A DNA stretch of 64,000 nucleotides from Octopus sinensis (GCF_006345805.1 NC_043026.1:12131579-12195578); one strand, 5' to 3'. Positions 25,755-39,540 are shown, counted from the stretch's first letter. Notes: generated from the letters alone by a model not told the origin. A program made the numbers and translations.

Positions 25755-26212
25755 CCTTACTTCCCTGGGCATGGACACTTTTAAACTCCGACATCTGGCA
25801 ACTGACTTGGCAGACACCCATAAAATTATCAACCATCTTAGAAACAATAACTCTGAGCACCTTTTCAAACTCCACCTGTCTAACACCCGTGGACATGTTT
25901 ACAAAGTCAGAAAACAACACAGCTCCCATGACTTTCGGAAACATTTTTTCACGCTGAGAGTTGCTGAAGCATGGAACAGACTGCTGGCATCAGTTGTTAG
26001 TTGTCGGAGCACTGCATCCTTCAAAACTTCCATACTTTCTGAGATTCGCCAATACTACACCTGATTTTCTCCCCTCCATACACACACAAGCATGTATCTG
26101 ACTCATACATTGTTCACTTTCCAGACATTTGTACATTACTGCATATACTTTATACGCACTTTCTGACAAGTTGTGGTGCACCTGAGCACTGTATACAATA
26201 ATTTCATTATCA
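25755..26212 (+). mobile_element. CR1/L2 family 1 3' fragment
   Basis: RLTSLGMDTFKLRHLATDL...RVAEAWN. Confidence 0.85.
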
Positions 26213-26384
26213 TTTTTATCACATTGGAGCCTGGTGCAGCCATCTGGTTCGCTAGCATGGAAAGCGGACGTTAAACGATGATGATAATGATGATGATGAT
26301 ACACTGACATAGAACCATTATATAAATATAGTAATATTTCTACAGTTGAATTTCTATTTTTTAAAGTATTTTCTATACCTTGTA

Positions 26385-26410
26385 CTGTTTTTCTATTATT
26401 TCAGAAAACC
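26385..26410 (+). promoter_or_regulatory. Putative splice acceptor of the G3 leader/coding exon (AG at 26403-26404)
   Basis: CTGTTTTTCTATTATTTCAG|AAAACC, homologous to the same site in G2, G4, G5 and G6. Confidence 0.6.
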
Positions 26411-26592
26411 AGATGTCAGTGGCATAAAGGAAATTTTTGCTTCAGATACTTCATCAATATTGCTCGTCTTTTAAAGACTAAAAGATGTTATACAAAATAA
26501 ATGTAAACCTGTTTATATAAATCTATAGTGAGTTGCTGTGAAATATTTCTTCTGAACTGAGATTAATAGCAGCATTTCTATACCTCACTGTC

Positions 26593-26818
26593 TTAAATCT
26601 TTAGCATTTAAACCAGCCAAAATATTCTATATCCAGCCAAAATATTTTATCTGTTTTATGTTGAAACTGGACAGATCTGGTCTCTCATACGAACCCTACA
26701 AAATTAACAGCTACCTCATCAAAATCTCATTGCCACAAGATAATGCAGGATTAATTCAAAACAATATGGATAAATAAGTATTAGTTTTGACAAAATAATG
26801 TGATGGCTAAATGGGTAA
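26593..26818. mobile_element. Degenerate piggyBac-like MITE (family P2) inside the G3 leader
   Basis: TTAAATCTTTAGCATTTAAACCAGCC...GCTAAATGGGTAA resembles 31409-31880. Confidence 0.55.
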
Positions 26819-26828
26819 TGTTTGTAAA

Positions 26829-26849
26829 ATGACTTTGTATTCAAAATAA
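26829..26849 (+). promoter_or_regulatory. uORF MTLYSK* in the G3 leader
   Basis: ATG ACT TTG TAT TCA AAA TAA. Confidence 0.55.
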
Positions 26850-27052
26850 ACTTGGAGGAATTTATTACAAAGAAGAATTTGCTGCATCTTGACAGTAATC
26901 ACTGTTGATGGAAACGTAGCCAAAGGAATATTTGTCAGAAATAAAATATAAACAGACGGAAAAAAAAGTCGATATTTTGTGACCAAAAAAAATGTTATAG
27001 AAAAATGAGTTGCTTGAACAGTTCAAGGAATTGACTTTTTTTATCTGAAACG

Positions 27053-28822
27053 ATGTCAAAAGAGATAGAAAAGCCATTGTACAATAGTGTTGTCTGTGAA
27101 GAATCATTCTTTAAGGGAAGTAGCTCGGTTGAGCATAAAGAGAAACCATATCATTGTGATATCTGTGGTAAATCATTCTCACGAAATTTTCATCTGACTG
27201 ATCACAGACGTATTCATACGGGAGAGAAACCATATCACTGTGATATCTGTGGTAAATTATTCACTCATAGAAAAAGCTTCACCGGACACAAACGTATTCA
27301 TACAGGGGAGAAACCATACCAGTGTGATATCTGTGGTAAATCATTCTCTGGAAGTAGTGACTTAACTAAACACATACGCAGTCATACAGGAGAGAGACCA
27401 TATCAGTGTGATATCTGTGGTAAAGCATTCTCTGAAAGTAGTGGTTTAACTATACACAAACGCACCCATACAGGAGAGAAACCATATCACTGTGATATTT
27501 GTGGAAAATCATTCTCTCGTAAAGTGCACTTAACTAAACACAAACGCACTCATACAGGAGAGAAACCATATTGTTGTGATATCTGTGGTAAATCATTCTC
27601 TGAAGGACGTACCCTAACAAATCACAAACGCACCCATACAGGAGAGAAACCGTATCATTGTGATATCTGTGGTAAATCATTCTCTCAAAATGACTTAACT
27701 AAACATAAACGTATTCATACAGGAGAAAAACCATATCACTGTGATATCTGTGGTAAATCATTCTCCGTAGCAAGTAGTTTAATTACTCACAAACGCATTC
27801 ATACTGGAGAGAAGCCATATCATTGTGATATCTGTGGAAAGTCATTCTCCCAAAGTTATGAATTAACTTCTCACAAACGTATTCATACAGGAGAGAAACC
27901 ATACCCCTGTGATATCTGTGGCAAACTTTTCTCTCATAGAAGTAACTTAATTACTCACAAGTACATTCATGCAGATGGGAAACCATATCACTGTGATATC
28001 TGTGGTAAATCATTCTCTCAAAATTTTCAATTGATACACCACAATCGCATTCATACTGGAGAAAAGCCATACCAGTGTGATATTTGTGGTAAATCCTTCT
28101 CTCAAAAAGGTAACCTTTGTACTCACAAGCGCATTCATACAGGTGAGAAACCATATCAGTGTGATATCTGTAGTAAATCATTCTCTCACAGAAATGCCCT
28201 AACTACACACAAACACATTCATACGGGAGAGAAACCATATCAGTGTGATATCTGTGGGAAATCATTCTCTCAAAATGGTGAGTTGATTAAACACAAATAT
28301 ATTCATACAGGAGAGAAGCCATATCATTGCGGTGACTGTAGCAAGTCATTCTCTCAAAATAGTGAATTAACTAAACACAGGCGCATTCATGCTGGAGAAA
28401 AACCATATTACTGTGATTTCTGTGGTAGTTTATTTTCTGGAAGTAGCGATTTAATCAAACACAAACGAATTCATACAGGGGAGGAACCATATCATTGTGA
28501 TATCTGTGGGAAATCATTCTCCAATAAAAAATCCTTAACTATACACAAACGAATTCATACAGGAGAGAAGCCACATCATTGCGATATCTGTGGGAAATCA
28601 TTCTCTGTGAAATGTAACTTGATTAAACACAAACGCATTCATACAGGAGAGAAACCATATCTCTGTGATATCTGTGGGAAGGCGTTCTCTCAAATAAATA
28701 CTTTAACTACACACAAACGTATTCATACGGGAGAGAAACCATATCACTGTGAAATTTGTGGGAATTTTTTCTCTTCAAGAAGTAATTTAAATTCACATGG
28801 ATGTACTCATACAGAAGAGTAA
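27053..28822 (+). CDS. C2H2 zinc-finger protein G3, 589 aa, 20 fingers
   Basis: 20 [11 protein letters not shown]-type fingers; finger 7 has a 1-aa deletion (QNDLTKH). Confidence 0.95.
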   Translation: MSKEIEKPLYNSVVCEESFFKGSSSVEHKEKPYHCDICGKSFSRNFHLTDHRRIHTGEKPYHCDICGKLFTHRKSFTGHKRIHTGEKPYQCDICGKSFSGSSDLTKHIRSHTGERPYQCDICGKAFSESSGLTIHKRTHTGEKPYHCDICGKSFSRKVHLTKHKRTHTGEKPYCCDICGKSFSEGRTLTNHKRTHTGEKPYHCDICGKSFSQNDLTKHKRIHTGEKPYHCDICGKSFSVASSLITHKRIHTGEKPYHCDICGKSFSQSYELTSHKRIHTGEKPYPCDICGKLFSHRSNLITHKYIHADGKPYHCDICGKSFSQNFQLIHHNRIHTGEKPYQCDICGKSFSQKGNLCTHKRIHTGEKPYQCDICSKSFSHRNALTTHKHIHTGEKPYQCDICGKSFSQNGELIKHKYIHTGEKPYHCGDCSKSFSQNSELTKHRRIHAGEKPYYCDFCGSLFSGSSDLIKHKRIHTGEEPYHCDICGKSFSNKKSLTIHKRIHTGEKPHHCDICGKSFSVKCNLIKHKRIHTGEKPYLCDICGKAFSQINTLTTHKRIHTGEKPYHCEICGNFFSSRSNLNSHGCTHTEE

Positions 28823-28877
28823 CTATCAATGATTCAGTTAGCAAGACTTTTATTTTATAATTTTACAACTTCTTTCA

Positions 28878-30618
28878 TTAACCCTTTCATTACCAACCTG
28901 GTTGAAACCACTTCTGGCTCTGAGTACAAATGTCTTGTTTCCATAAGTTTTAAATTAAAATCTTCCACCAAACCTTAGTCACAATTTATGTTCATAACAC
29001 TAGCTTAATGATAACTAAGTTATTTTACTAAATTCTTTGTTATATTTAAAATTAATTGAAAGAAACACAGAGCATCTCAACAGAAATACAGTAACGAAAG
29101 GGTTAAAATATATAATAGAGAAACAATTCTTAACCCTTTCGATACCAACCCGGCCAAAACCACCTCTGGCTCTGTAGTACAAATGTTTTGTTTCCATAAG
29201 TTTTGAATTAAAATTTTCCACCAAACCTTAGTCACAATTTATGTTCCTAACACTAGCTTAATGATAACTAAGTTATTTTACTAAATTCTTTGTTATATTT
29301 AAAGTAATTGAAAGAAACACAGAGCATCTCAACAGAAATATGGTAACAAGAGGGTTAAAATATATAATAGAGAAACAATTCTTAACCCTTTCGATACCAA
29401 CCTGGTTGAAACCACCTCTGGCTCTGTAGTAAAAATGTCTTGTTTTCATAAGTTTTGAATTAAAATCTTCCACCAAACCTTAGTCACAATTTATGTTCAT
29501 AACACTAGCTTAATGATAACTAAGATATTTTACTAAATTCTTTGTAATATTTAAAGCAATTAAAAGAAACAGAGAACATTTCAAAATAAATACAGTAACA
29601 AAAGGGTTAAAATATATAATAGAGAAACAATTCTTAACCCTTTCGATACCAACCCGGCCAAAACCACCTCTGGCTCTGTAGTACAAATGTTTTGTTTCCA
29701 TAAGTTTTGAATTAAAATTTTCCACCAAACCTTAGTCACAATTTATGTTCCTAACACTAGCTTAATGATAACTAAGTTATTTTACTAAATTCTTTGTTAT
29801 ATTTAAAGTAATTGAAAGAAACACAGAGCATCTCAACAGAAATATGGTAACAAGAGGGTTAAAATATATAATAGAGAAACAATTCTTAACCCTTTCGATA
29901 CCAACCTGGTTGAAACCACCTCTGGCTCTGTAGTAAAAATGTCTTGTTTTCATAAGTTTTGAATTAAAATCTTCCACCAAACCTTAGTCACAATTTATGT
30001 TCCTAACACTAGCTTAATGATAACTAAGATATTTTACTAAATTCTTTGTAATATTTAAAGCAATTAAAAGAAACAGAGAACATTTCAAAATAAATACAGT
30101 AACAAAAGGGTTAAAATATATAATAGAGAAACAATTCTTAACCCTTTCGATACCAACCCGGCCAAAACCACCTCTGGCTCTGTAGTACAAATGTTTTGTT
30201 TCCATAAGTTTTGAATTAAAATTTTCCACCAAACCTTAGTCACAATTTATGTTCCTAACACTAGCTTAATGATAACTAAGTTATTTTACTAAATTCTTTG
30301 TTATATTTAAAGTAATTGAAAGAAACACAGAGCATCTCAACAGAAATATGGTAACAAGAGGGTTAAAATATATAATAGAGAAACAATTCTTAACCCTTTC
30401 GATACCAACCTGGTTGAAACCACCTCTGGCTCTGTAGTAAAAATGTCTTGTTTTCATAAGTTTTGAATTAAAATCTTCCACCAAACCTTAGTCACAATTT
30501 ATGTTCCTAACACTAGCTTAATGATAACTAAGATATTTTACTAAATTCTTTGTAATATTTAAAGCAATTAAAAGAAACAGAGAACATTTCAAAATAAATA
30601 CAGTAACAAAAGGGTTAA
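28878..30618. repeat. Tandem array of 7 piggyBac-like MITEs (family P1), 252-bp period with a 504-bp higher-order repeat
   Basis: TIRs start at 28882, 29134, 29386, 29638, 29890, 30142 and 30394; two variants alternate. Confidence 0.92.
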
Positions 30619-30995
30619 TATCATGATTCCTTAAACCAAATGTTAATTTGCATATGTCTATACAACCTTCAACTTAATATAACTTGGGTGATATAATCTA
30701 AGCGTCTTCCTTACTGATAATTCAGTTCTCATTTTCCATGCTTTCCATGGATTGAACATGTCTGTGAAAGATATCACAATTTCTCAGTCTTTATCATTTC
30801 TGTGTGGCCCAGAAGCTTGAGTTTTGACTTCATCACACTTTGTGAATATTCACGATAATCCGAAATTTAAATAAAGTTGACATACTCTTAATTCTTGTTA
30901 TATTTCTGTTGAAATACGTTTCCTGTGTTTCAAATGCATTTCTGAAAATAATGACCATGGTGGATTGTGTGTTATGATGTAATTTTTTATGACAA

Positions 30996-31370
30996 TCTCT
31001 CTCTATATAAACGGCAGTTTGTCTGTGTGTGTTTCTGTGTGTCTGTTTGCTTGTACCCTCACCCTGACCACGGCTTTCAACCGATTCTGATGAAACTTGA
31101 CACACACATAGCCCAATGTCATAATTCAAAACTAATGCAGCGAAAATTTTGAAAAGTTCCCCCAGTTCTGAAAAAAATCGATAAATTCGACATGGGGTCA
31201 AGAATCAGAAACACAAACCACAGACTGTCTAGGGGACGCAACTCAACCTTTTTTAACTCTCAAAAGAAAATTTACCATCATTTTTTTGCTATTTTTTGGC
31301 TATAACTCTCTAAAAATGCTTTATAGTTATTTCCCTTACAAACCCGAGCAACGCCGGGCGATACTGCTAG
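30996..31370 (+). mobile_element. Non-autonomous Helitron
   Basis: A|TC 5' end (TCTCTCTCTATATAAA), 3' hairpin CCCGAGCAACGCCGGG, CTAG|T terminus. Confidence 0.8.
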
Positions 31371-31408
31371 TATTTAATAAAATGCAAACAAAACAGCTGT
31401 CCTAAATT

Positions 31409-31880
31409 TTAACCCTTTAGTGTTTAAACTGGCCAAATCTGGCCCAATATATTCTACATATTTTATATTCAACTGGATATATCTAGCCTCTCACACTAAA
31501 CCTACCTTGACATTCTAAAAATAAACAATCACATCATTGAAACCTCAAAGCTATAAGATAATGAATGATTAATTCAAAACAATTTAAATAAAAAAGCGTT
31601 ACATTTAACAGAATAATCTGAACACTAAAGGGTTAAATGCCATTCATGATTGTTTATCCCTTTAGCATTCAAACCGGCCATATCCGGCCAAAATATTTAA
31701 CCTGTTTTATATTGAAACTGACCAGATCTCAATCTCACCTCAGCCCTACCATGTCGTTCTAAAACTAAAAAATCACATCACTGAAATCTCTAAACTACAA
31801 GATAATGAATGATTAATTCAAAAGAATATAAATAAACAAACATCACATCTGACAGAATAATCTGAACACTAAAGGGTTAA
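31409..31880. mobile_element. Two piggyBac-like MITEs (family P2)
   Basis: TTAACCCTTTAG...CTAAAGGGTTAA ends. Confidence 0.7.
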
Positions 31881-31884
31881 ACAC

Positions 31885-32340
31885 ACAGAAGACCCGACAA
31901 ATGAAGGGAGTTCATGGCTCGCAGGACGGCCTGCTGTGCTAACTCTGGATCGTAGAGTGACCCGCTGTTCTTGAGGAGACCTGTTGAGTCAAGTTCGTCA
32001 ACATCAAAAATTCGAATGATAATTGTAGTTAAGACACCAGTGCTGGTGACATGTAAAAGCACCGTTCGAGCGTAGCAGTTACTAGCGTCGCCTGACTGGC
32101 ATCCGTGTTGGTGACACGTAAAAGCACCAACCGATCGTGGCCGTTTGCCAGCCTGCGCTGGCTCCTGTGCTCATAAAGAGCACCCACTACACTCACGGAG
32201 TGGTTGGTGTTAGGAAGGGCATCCAGCTGTAGAAACACTGCCAGATCAGACTGGGCCTGGTGCAGCCTTCTGGCTTCCCAGACCCCAGTTGAACCGTCCA
32301 ACCCATGCTAGCATGGAAAGCGGACACTAAATGATCATGA
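31885..32340 (+). mobile_element. Family C retroelement, longer copy
   Basis: Family C 3' end plus about 150 bp of extra 5' sequence. Confidence 0.65.
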
Positions 32341-32451
32341 CAGAGACGACAGGCTTAATATAAGGGGCAGGATATTGTGAAAGAAGGGTGATTAGAGAGT
32401 GCAGAGGGTGGGGGAAGTGAGTGGTGAAAACCTGGGTATATATATATTTCT

Positions 32452-32975
32452 TTACTACCCACAAGGGGCTAAACATAGAGGGGACAAACAAGGACAAAGG
32501 GATTAAGTCGATTACAACGACCCAGTGCGAAACTGGTACTTTTATTTGTCGACCCTGAGAGGATGAAAGGCAAAGTCGACCTCGGCGGAATTTGAACTCA
32601 GAACGTAACGGCAGGCGAAATGCCTATTTCTTTACTACCCACAAGGGGCTAAACACAGAGGGAACAAACAAGGACAGACAAACGGATTAAGTCGATTACA
32701 TCGACCCCAGTGCGTAACTGGTACTTAATTTATCAACCCCGAAAGGATGAAAGGCAAAGTCGACCTCAGCGGAATTTGAACTCAGAACATAACGGCAGAC
32801 GAAATACCTATTTCTTTACTATCCACAAGGGGCTAAACACAGAGGGGACAAACAAGGACAGACATAGGTATTAAGTTGATTATATCGACCCCAGTGCTTA
32901 ACTGGTACTTAATTTATCGACCCCGAAAGGATAAAAGGCAAAGTCGACCTCGGCGGAATTTGAACTCAGAACGTA
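32452..32975 (-). repeat. SINE B multimer (3 units)
   Basis: Repeated SINE B body units. Confidence 0.85.
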
Positions 32976-33251
32976 TATATAGAGTGGGATGGAGGCTACC
33001 TAATAGCAATGATACAGAGAAACGGGACCATGAGAACAGAACTGAGGAGTGAGAGGTAGGCATAATTTAAGGAGGAAGAGATGTAGAAATGTAGAGTGGT
33101 GTGTTGGGGAAGGATGTGTGAAAAGTTTTCTTGTTACGTGTGGTGAAACACAGTCAAGAGCAAGAAGTGGATAGCAATGATACAGTGAGACATGGCATGT
33201 GGATGGAAGACACAGGTCAGGGGCAATGATGCAGTGAGACAGGATTGAAGG

Positions 33252-34004
33252 AGGCGAGCTGGCAGAAATGATAGCACGCCGGGTGAAATGCGTTGCCGTA
33301 TTTCGTCTGCCGTTACGTTCTGAGTTCAAATTCCGCCGAGGTCGACTTTGCCTTTCATCCTTTCGGGGTCGGTAAATTAAGTACCAGTTACGCACTGGAG
33401 TCGATGTAATCGACTTAATCCCTTTGTCTGTCCTTGTTTGTCCCCTCTATGTTTAGCCCCTTGTGGGTAGTAAAGAAATAGGTATTTCGTTGTCGTTACG
33501 TTCTGAGTTCAAATTCCGCCGAGGTTGACTTTGTCTTTCATCCTTTCGGGGTCGATAAATTAAGTACCAGTCACACACTGAGGTCGATGTAATCGACTTA
33601 ATCCGTTTGTCCCCTCTATGTTTAGCCCCTTGTGGGTAGTAAAGAAATAGGTATTTTGTCTGCCACTATGTTCTGAGTTCAAATTCCACCGAGGTCGACT
33701 TTGCCTTTCATCCTTTCGGGGTTGAGAAATTAAGTACCAGTTACGCACTGGGGTCGATGTAATCGACTGAATCCGTTTGTCCCCTCTGTGTGTAGCCCCT
33801 TGTAGGTAGTAAAGAAATAGGTATTTCGTCTGCCGTTACGTTCTGAGTTCAAATTCCGCCGAGGTTGACTTTGCCTTTCATCCTTTTGGGATTGATAAAT
33901 TAAGTACCAGTTACGCACTGGGGTTAATGTAATCGACTTAATCCCTTTGTCTGTCCTTGTTTGTCCCCTCTATGTTTAGCCCCTTGTGGACAATAAAGAA
34001 ATAG
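33252..34004 (+). repeat. SINE B head plus a 4-unit multimer
   Basis: Units joined at AAAGAAATAGGTATTT. Confidence 0.88.
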
Positions 34005-34169
34005 GATTGGGGAGTGGGAGGTAAGCATAGTGCATGAAGTGGAAATGCGAGGAAGAGAAGAGATTTAGTTTGGTTTGTTGTGGTAGGGTGTCTGAGAACT
34101 TTTCTTGTTAAGTGTGGGTGGGATAAAACAGCGCTTCTAGAACTCAGTTTCACTGATGTAGGTGGGTCT

Positions 34170-34350
34170 TCTCATGAACCTCATATCACCAGACATCTCA
34201 GTCCATTGTCATTTCCTCCATGAAGCCCAACATCCTGAGATCCCTTACCACTTCATCCCACATCTACCTGGGTCTCCCTTTTCCACGGGTACTTTCAGTG
34301 ACTGGTACTTCTTTATGCAGCTGTCCTCATTCACCAATATCAAAGCATTA
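34170..34350 (-). mobile_element. RTE-type LINE ORF C-terminal fragment
   Basis: Minus-strand translation GTRGKGRPR*MWDEVVRDLRMLGFMEEMTMD*DVW resembles the RTE C-terminal RGRPRKTW motif. Confidence 0.55.
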
Positions 34351-34416
34351 AAAGCATTCTAGATGCTCTGAAATTATCAGAACACCTGAATTTATCCAGC
34401 AAGTTCAACAGACTTA

Positions 34417-34806
34417 GGCACAGGAGTGGCTGTGTGGTAAGTAGCTTGTTTACCAACCACATGGTTCTGGGTTCAGTCCCACTGCGTGGCACCTTGGGCA
34501 AGTGTCTTCTCCTATAGCTTTGGGCCGACCAAAGCCTTGTGAGTGGATTTGGTAGACGGAAACTGAAAGAAGCCCATCGTATATATGTGTATATATATAT
34601 ATATGTGTGTCTGTGTTTGTCCCCCTAGCATTGCTTGACAACCGATGCTGGTGTGTTTATGTCCCCGTTACTTAGTGGTTCGGCAAAAGAGACCGATAGA
34701 ATAAGTACTGGGCTTACAAAAGAATAAGTCCTGGGGTCGAGTTGCTCGATTAAAGGCAGTGCTCCGGCATGGCCACAGTCAAATGACTGAAACAAGTAAA
34801 AGAGAG
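34417..34806 (+). mobile_element. SINE family A
   Basis: Full-length match to family A. Confidence 0.9.
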
Positions 34807-35727
34807 ACCATTGATTACAATCCCAGAAAGTCCATGAGATCAATTGCAAAAGATCTCCATGTGTCAGAAAGAACAGCCAGAAATGTTGTCCATGAAGACA
34901 TCAGATATAAGTCATATGTGATGAGGAAAGGTCAACTTGTCAGAAAAAGCAAAAGAAAATCACTACAGCAGATCTTAAAGGCTCTTAAACAAACTGAAAA
35001 GTCCAGCAGATTTGATTTGGTTTTTCTCAAACAAGAAAAACTTCGAGCAAGATCAAAAAATTAACAGAAGAAATCACAGATGGTTATGTGCAGACCCTTC
35101 TGAAGTTCTAAGTGTTATGCATACAAAATTTCCTGCAACTGTCACAGTTTTAGGGGTTGTCAGTTAATGAAGGACATGTGATGCCTCCTTACTTCTTTTC
35201 ACAAGGCCTTAGAGTTAATTCTGTTGCCTACACTGAGGTCCTAGAAATTATTTTCAACCCCTGGATAGACAGTGTATGCAATGGAAGGCCATATGTGTTT
35301 CAGTAAGACTCTGTGCTATCACAAATGGCTCTAGTAACACAGGAATGGATGGCTGAAAATTTTCATGATCACATAACCCCTAACATTTGGCCTCCTAATT
35401 CCTAAGATCTCAATTTATTGGAGTATTACATGTGGAGCATTGTTGAGAGCAAGGTCAATGAACATGCCCATAGCACCAAAGATTCTTTGAAAGCTGCCAT
35501 AGTCAGAGTAATGTCCAAAATGAACCAGGACCACTTGATTCAAGCATGTAGATGATTTAGATCTCATATAGAAGCAGTTGTTGAAGCCAAAGGTGGCTTT
35601 ATTGAATAACATTATAGAAAAGGTTTATTTTTAACCTCATAGAAATTTTTGATAAATAAAGTTATCTGTTATTATATGTTTTTTTATAAACATAAATCTG
35701 TCCTCAAATATCTTATGCATCCTGTGT
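34806..35727 (+). pseudogene. Tc1/mariner transposase remnant, maT (DD37D-type)
   Basis: SMRSIAKDLHVSERTARNVVHEDIRYKSY; MHTKFPATVTVLGVVS; FQ*D followed by 37 residues to WPPNS*DLNLLEYYMW; right end CAAATATCTTATGCATCCTG. Confidence 0.8.
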
Positions 35728-35770
35728 ATGTATATATATATGTATGCATATATTTATATATATATATATA

Positions 35771-36125
35771 GGTGCAGGAGTGGCTGTGTGGTAAGTAGCT
35801 TGCTAACCAACCACATGGTTCCGGGTTCAGTCCCACTGCGTGGCATCTTGGGCAAGTGTCTTCTGCTATAGCCCCGGGCCGACCAATGCCTTGTGAGTGG
35901 ATTTGGTAGATGGAAACTGAAAGAAGCCTGTCGTATATATGTATGTGTTTGTGTTTGTCCGCCTAGCATTGCTTGACAACCGTCACTTAGCGGTTCGGCA
36001 AAAGAGACCGATAGGATAAGTACTGGGCTTACAAAGAATAAGTCCCGGGGTCGATTTGCTTGACTAAAGGCGATGCTCCAGCATGGCCACAGTCAAATGA
36101 TTGAAACAAGTAAAAGAGTAAAAGA
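35771..36125 (+). mobile_element. SINE family A
   Basis: Matches family A with an internal deletion. Confidence 0.88.
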
Positions 36126-36839
36126 TATATATATATATAAAAGGTAAGCAGAGTTAGTGGTTGTAGTAACCACTTAAGGGATATGTATGTATGTCTACAG
36201 GCATGGCTGTGTGGTAAAAAGCTTGCTTCCCAATCACATGGTTCTGGGTTCAGTCCCACTGTGTGTCATCTTCAGCAAATATCTTCTATGATTGTGAGCA
36301 CGGCACTCTAAACACTGGTGAAATTAGGCAGTGATAAAAATATCTTTATACAGCTCATGGAGGAGGGTTGTCTTTCTCTGCGAATAACATTCTTGGGTTT
36401 TGGTGGGTTTAAAAAAAATTTTTTTGTGTTGTTTTTATTCTGCTTAAAATAAATTTTGATGACTGTGAACAACACGAAGCAGAAAACTGTAACAAAATTT
36501 TTTCATCAAAAATTTTTTCCTTTTTTTTTTATTGGCACACAAACAAATTTCATGCATATTTTAAAATATCACATTTCCAAATCTCTCATTCATAAAATTA
36601 CAAGATTTACTAATGAGAATAAAGAAAAGAATTTGATTGAAAAAATTTATGAACAAAAAGTAAAAAAAAGTCTACAGCGTCTATGTTTAATCTCTGTTTC
36701 TCAAGTGTCAACAGTGATATGTACATTGATATTTTATTATTGGGCATTAATAACAAGAAATTACTAATAGTAAAATCATTAGTTATACCAATGATAAAAA
36801 GATACAATTTACTCAACAAAATGTAGGAGATTTATAAGG

Positions 36840-38468
36840 TCATTGTTCCGTATGGGTAGCAACGTGTTCACTCAATTGACGTTTTTGAGAAAATGATTCA
36901 CCACAGATATCACAGCGATACGGTTTCCCTCTTGTATGTGTGCGCTTATGTTTAGTTAAGTAGACACGTCCAGAAAAGGATTTACCGCAGATTTCACAGT
37001 GATATGGTTTTTCTCCAGTATGAATACGTTTGTGAGTGACTAAGTTATGTTTCTGAGAGAAGGATTTACCACAGACATCACAGTGATATGGTTTCTCTCC
37101 TGTGTGAATGCGTTTGTGTTGAGTTAAGTAACTACTTTCTGAGAACGATTTACCACAGGTGTTACAGTGATATGGCTTCTCACCTGTGTGAATGTGTTTG
37201 TGAGTAGTTAGAGTATGTTTATAAGAAAACGATTTACCACAGGCATCACAATGATACGGTTTGTCTCCTGTATGAAGATGTTTGTGAATAGTTAAGGAAT
37301 ATCTATGCGAGAATGAATTACCACAGATATCACAGTGATATGGTTTCTCTCCTGTATGAATACGTTGGTGAGTAATTAAGCTATATTTTTGAGAGAATGA
37401 TTTAGCACAAATATCACAGTGATACAGCTTCAGTCCTGTATGAATGCGTTTGTGTCTAGTCAAGTGAGCAGCATCTGAGAACAATTTATCACAGATATCA
37501 CAGCGATATGGCTTTTCTCCCGTATGAATACGTTTGTGAGTAGTTAAGACAGGTCCATGGGAAAACGATTTGCCACAGATGTCACAGTGATATGGCTTCT
37601 CTCCTGTGTGAGTGTATTTGTGTACAGTTAAAGTATGGCCATGAGAAAAGGATTTACCACAGATATTACACTGATATGGTTTCTCTCCTGCATGAATACG
37701 TTTATGTCTACCTAAGTCACTACTTTGAGAGAACGATTTACCACAGACATCACAGTGAAAGGGTTTCTCACCTGTATGAATGCGCTTGTGTTTAGTGAAA
37801 CGTCTTCCATCAGAGAATGATTTATCACAGATATCACACTGATATGGCTTCTTTACTGTATGGATACGCTTATGTTTGGTTAAGGAGCTATTCTCAGAGA
37901 ATGATTTACTACAGACGTCACAGAAATATGGCTTTTCACCTGTGTGAATGCGTATGTGTGTAGTCAGGTGAACGCTCTGAGAAAATGATTTATCACAGAC
38001 ATCACAGCGATATGGTTTTTCTCCTGTATGAATGCGTTGGTGAGTGATTAGGTTACCTTTCAGAGAGAAGGACTTACCACAGACATCACAGCAATATGGT
38101 TTCTCACCTGTATGTATACGTCTATGTTTATACAGGCTGCTATTTTGAGAGAATGATTTACCACAGGTATTGCAATGGTATGGCTTCTCTCCTGTATGGA
38201 TGTGCTTGTGTTTAGTTAAATGATTTGCCTCAGAGAATGATTTACCACAGACATCACAGCAATACACCTTTTCTCCTGTATGAATACATTTATGTTTAGT
38301 CAGGCTGGTACTGTGAGTGAATGATTTACCACAGACATCACACTGATACGGTGCTTTCCCTTTCTCATTTTTTTCATCATCAATAAAATCAATACTTTTA
38401 GAGTCTGTTTCATATTTAACCTTCTTCTCAATTTCCATAATTTTTTTTTTTATCATCACCATATACAA
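36840..38468 (-). CDS. C2H2 zinc-finger protein G4, 542 aa, 18 fingers
   Basis: 18 fingers after N-terminus [28 protein letters not shown]; the start may be the later Met of MEIE. Confidence 0.95.
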   Translation of the reverse strand: MYMVMIKKKIMEIEKKVKYETDSKSIDFIDDEKNEKGKAPYQCDVCGKSFTHSTSLTKHKCIHTGEKVYCCDVCGKSFSEANHLTKHKHIHTGEKPYHCNTCGKSFSQNSSLYKHRRIHTGEKPYCCDVCGKSFSLKGNLITHQRIHTGEKPYRCDVCDKSFSQSVHLTTHIRIHTGEKPYFCDVCSKSFSENSSLTKHKRIHTVKKPYQCDICDKSFSDGRRFTKHKRIHTGEKPFHCDVCGKSFSQSSDLGRHKRIHAGEKPYQCNICGKSFSHGHTLTVHKYTHTGEKPYHCDICGKSFSHGPVLTTHKRIHTGEKPYRCDICDKLFSDAAHLTRHKRIHTGLKLYHCDICAKSFSQKYSLITHQRIHTGEKPYHCDICGNSFSHRYSLTIHKHLHTGDKPYHCDACGKSFSYKHTLTTHKHIHTGEKPYHCNTCGKSFSESSYLTQHKRIHTGEKPYHCDVCGKSFSQKHNLVTHKRIHTGEKPYHCEICGKSFSGRVYLTKHKRTHTRGKPYRCDICGESFSQKRQLSEHVATHTEQ

Positions 38469-38575
38469 ATGATTCGGTTTATTTCATTCCTAGCAAATAT
38501 TTCTACTTCCACATTTCCACCAAATGTAACATTTGATACCTGAAGCCACAAACCCCATTGTAAACTCATTCAAGT

Positions 38576-38596
38576 TTAATAAGTATGTGAAATCAG
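38576..38596 (-). promoter_or_regulatory. uORF homologue in the G4 leader with CTG in place of ATG
   Basis: CTG ATT TCA CAT ACT TAT TAA. Confidence 0.4.
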
Positions 38597-38726
38597 TTTG
38601 TATCTGATTTATACAATGAGAAATTGGAATTAGATGGCAAAAATTGGTGCAAAGCTTTATACGCACTTTTGACAAGTTGTGGTGCACCTGAGCACTGTAT
38701 ACAATAATTTCATTGTTATTTTTAAA

Positions 38727-39130
38727 AGAATTTTGTGAGTGGCTGTGTGGTAAGTAGCTTGCTAACCAGCCACATGGTTCCGGGTTCAGTCCCACTGCGT
38801 GGAATCTTGGGCAAGTGTCTTCTGCTATAGCCCCGGGCCGACCAATGCCTTGTGAGTGGATTTGGTAGACGGAAACTGAAAGAAGCCTGTCGTATATATG
38901 TATATATATATATATAAGTGTGTGTGTATATGTTTGTGTGTCTAGCATTGCTTGACAACCGATGCTGGTGTGTTTACGTCCCCGTTACTTAGCGGTTCGG
39001 CAAAAGAGACCGATAGAATAAGTACTGGGCTTACAAAGAATAAGTCCCAGGGTCGATTTGCTCGACTAAAGGCGGTGCTCCAGCATGACCGCAGTCAAAT
39101 AACTGAAACAAGTAAAAGAGTAAAAGAGTA
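38727..39130 (+). mobile_element. SINE family A inside the G4 leader (antisense to G4)
   Basis: Matches family A. Confidence 0.88.
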
Positions 39131-39318
39131 TAGAATATGGGGGTGGTTTCCATCCGAGTAAAATAGGAATTCAAGTGGTCCATAGGTAAAACAAAAACGA
39201 TTGAAAAACACTGGTCCAGAATAAACTCAAATGCTGAATACTTATGACAGTTCCATATAAATATTTATCTGTAGAATTATATCTGTTCTATATAATACTT
39301 TTGTTTAGCCTTGAAATC

Positions 39319-39460
39319 ATCATCATCATCGTTTAACGTCCGTTTTCCGTGCTAGCATGGGTTGGACGGTTCGACTGGGGTCTGGGAAGCCAGGAGGTTG
39401 CACCGGGCTCCAGTCTGATCTGGCAGTGTTTCTACAGCTGGATGCCCTTCCTAACGCCAA
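39319..39460 (-). mobile_element. Family C 3' fragment inside the G4 leader
   Basis: CATCATCATCGTTTAACGTCCG...GGATGCCCTTCCTAACGCCAA. Confidence 0.75.
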
Positions 39461-39504
39461 TGATGATAAATATTGATGATGTATGTTGATATAAACAACT
39501 CTAT

Positions 39505-39540
39505 ATTGTTCTGGTATTCTGAAATATAAAGGAAACAAGA
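39505..39540 (-). promoter_or_regulatory. Putative splice acceptor of the G4 leader exon (AG at 39520-39519)
   Basis: CTTGTTTCCTTTATATTTCAG|AATACCAG. Confidence 0.55.

Noticed and set aside
28878-30618. Repeat-spacer pattern resembling a CRISPR array
   Set aside because: The spacers are identical, the repeats are about 220-bp TTAA-flanked MITEs, the context is eukaryotic and there are no cas genes.
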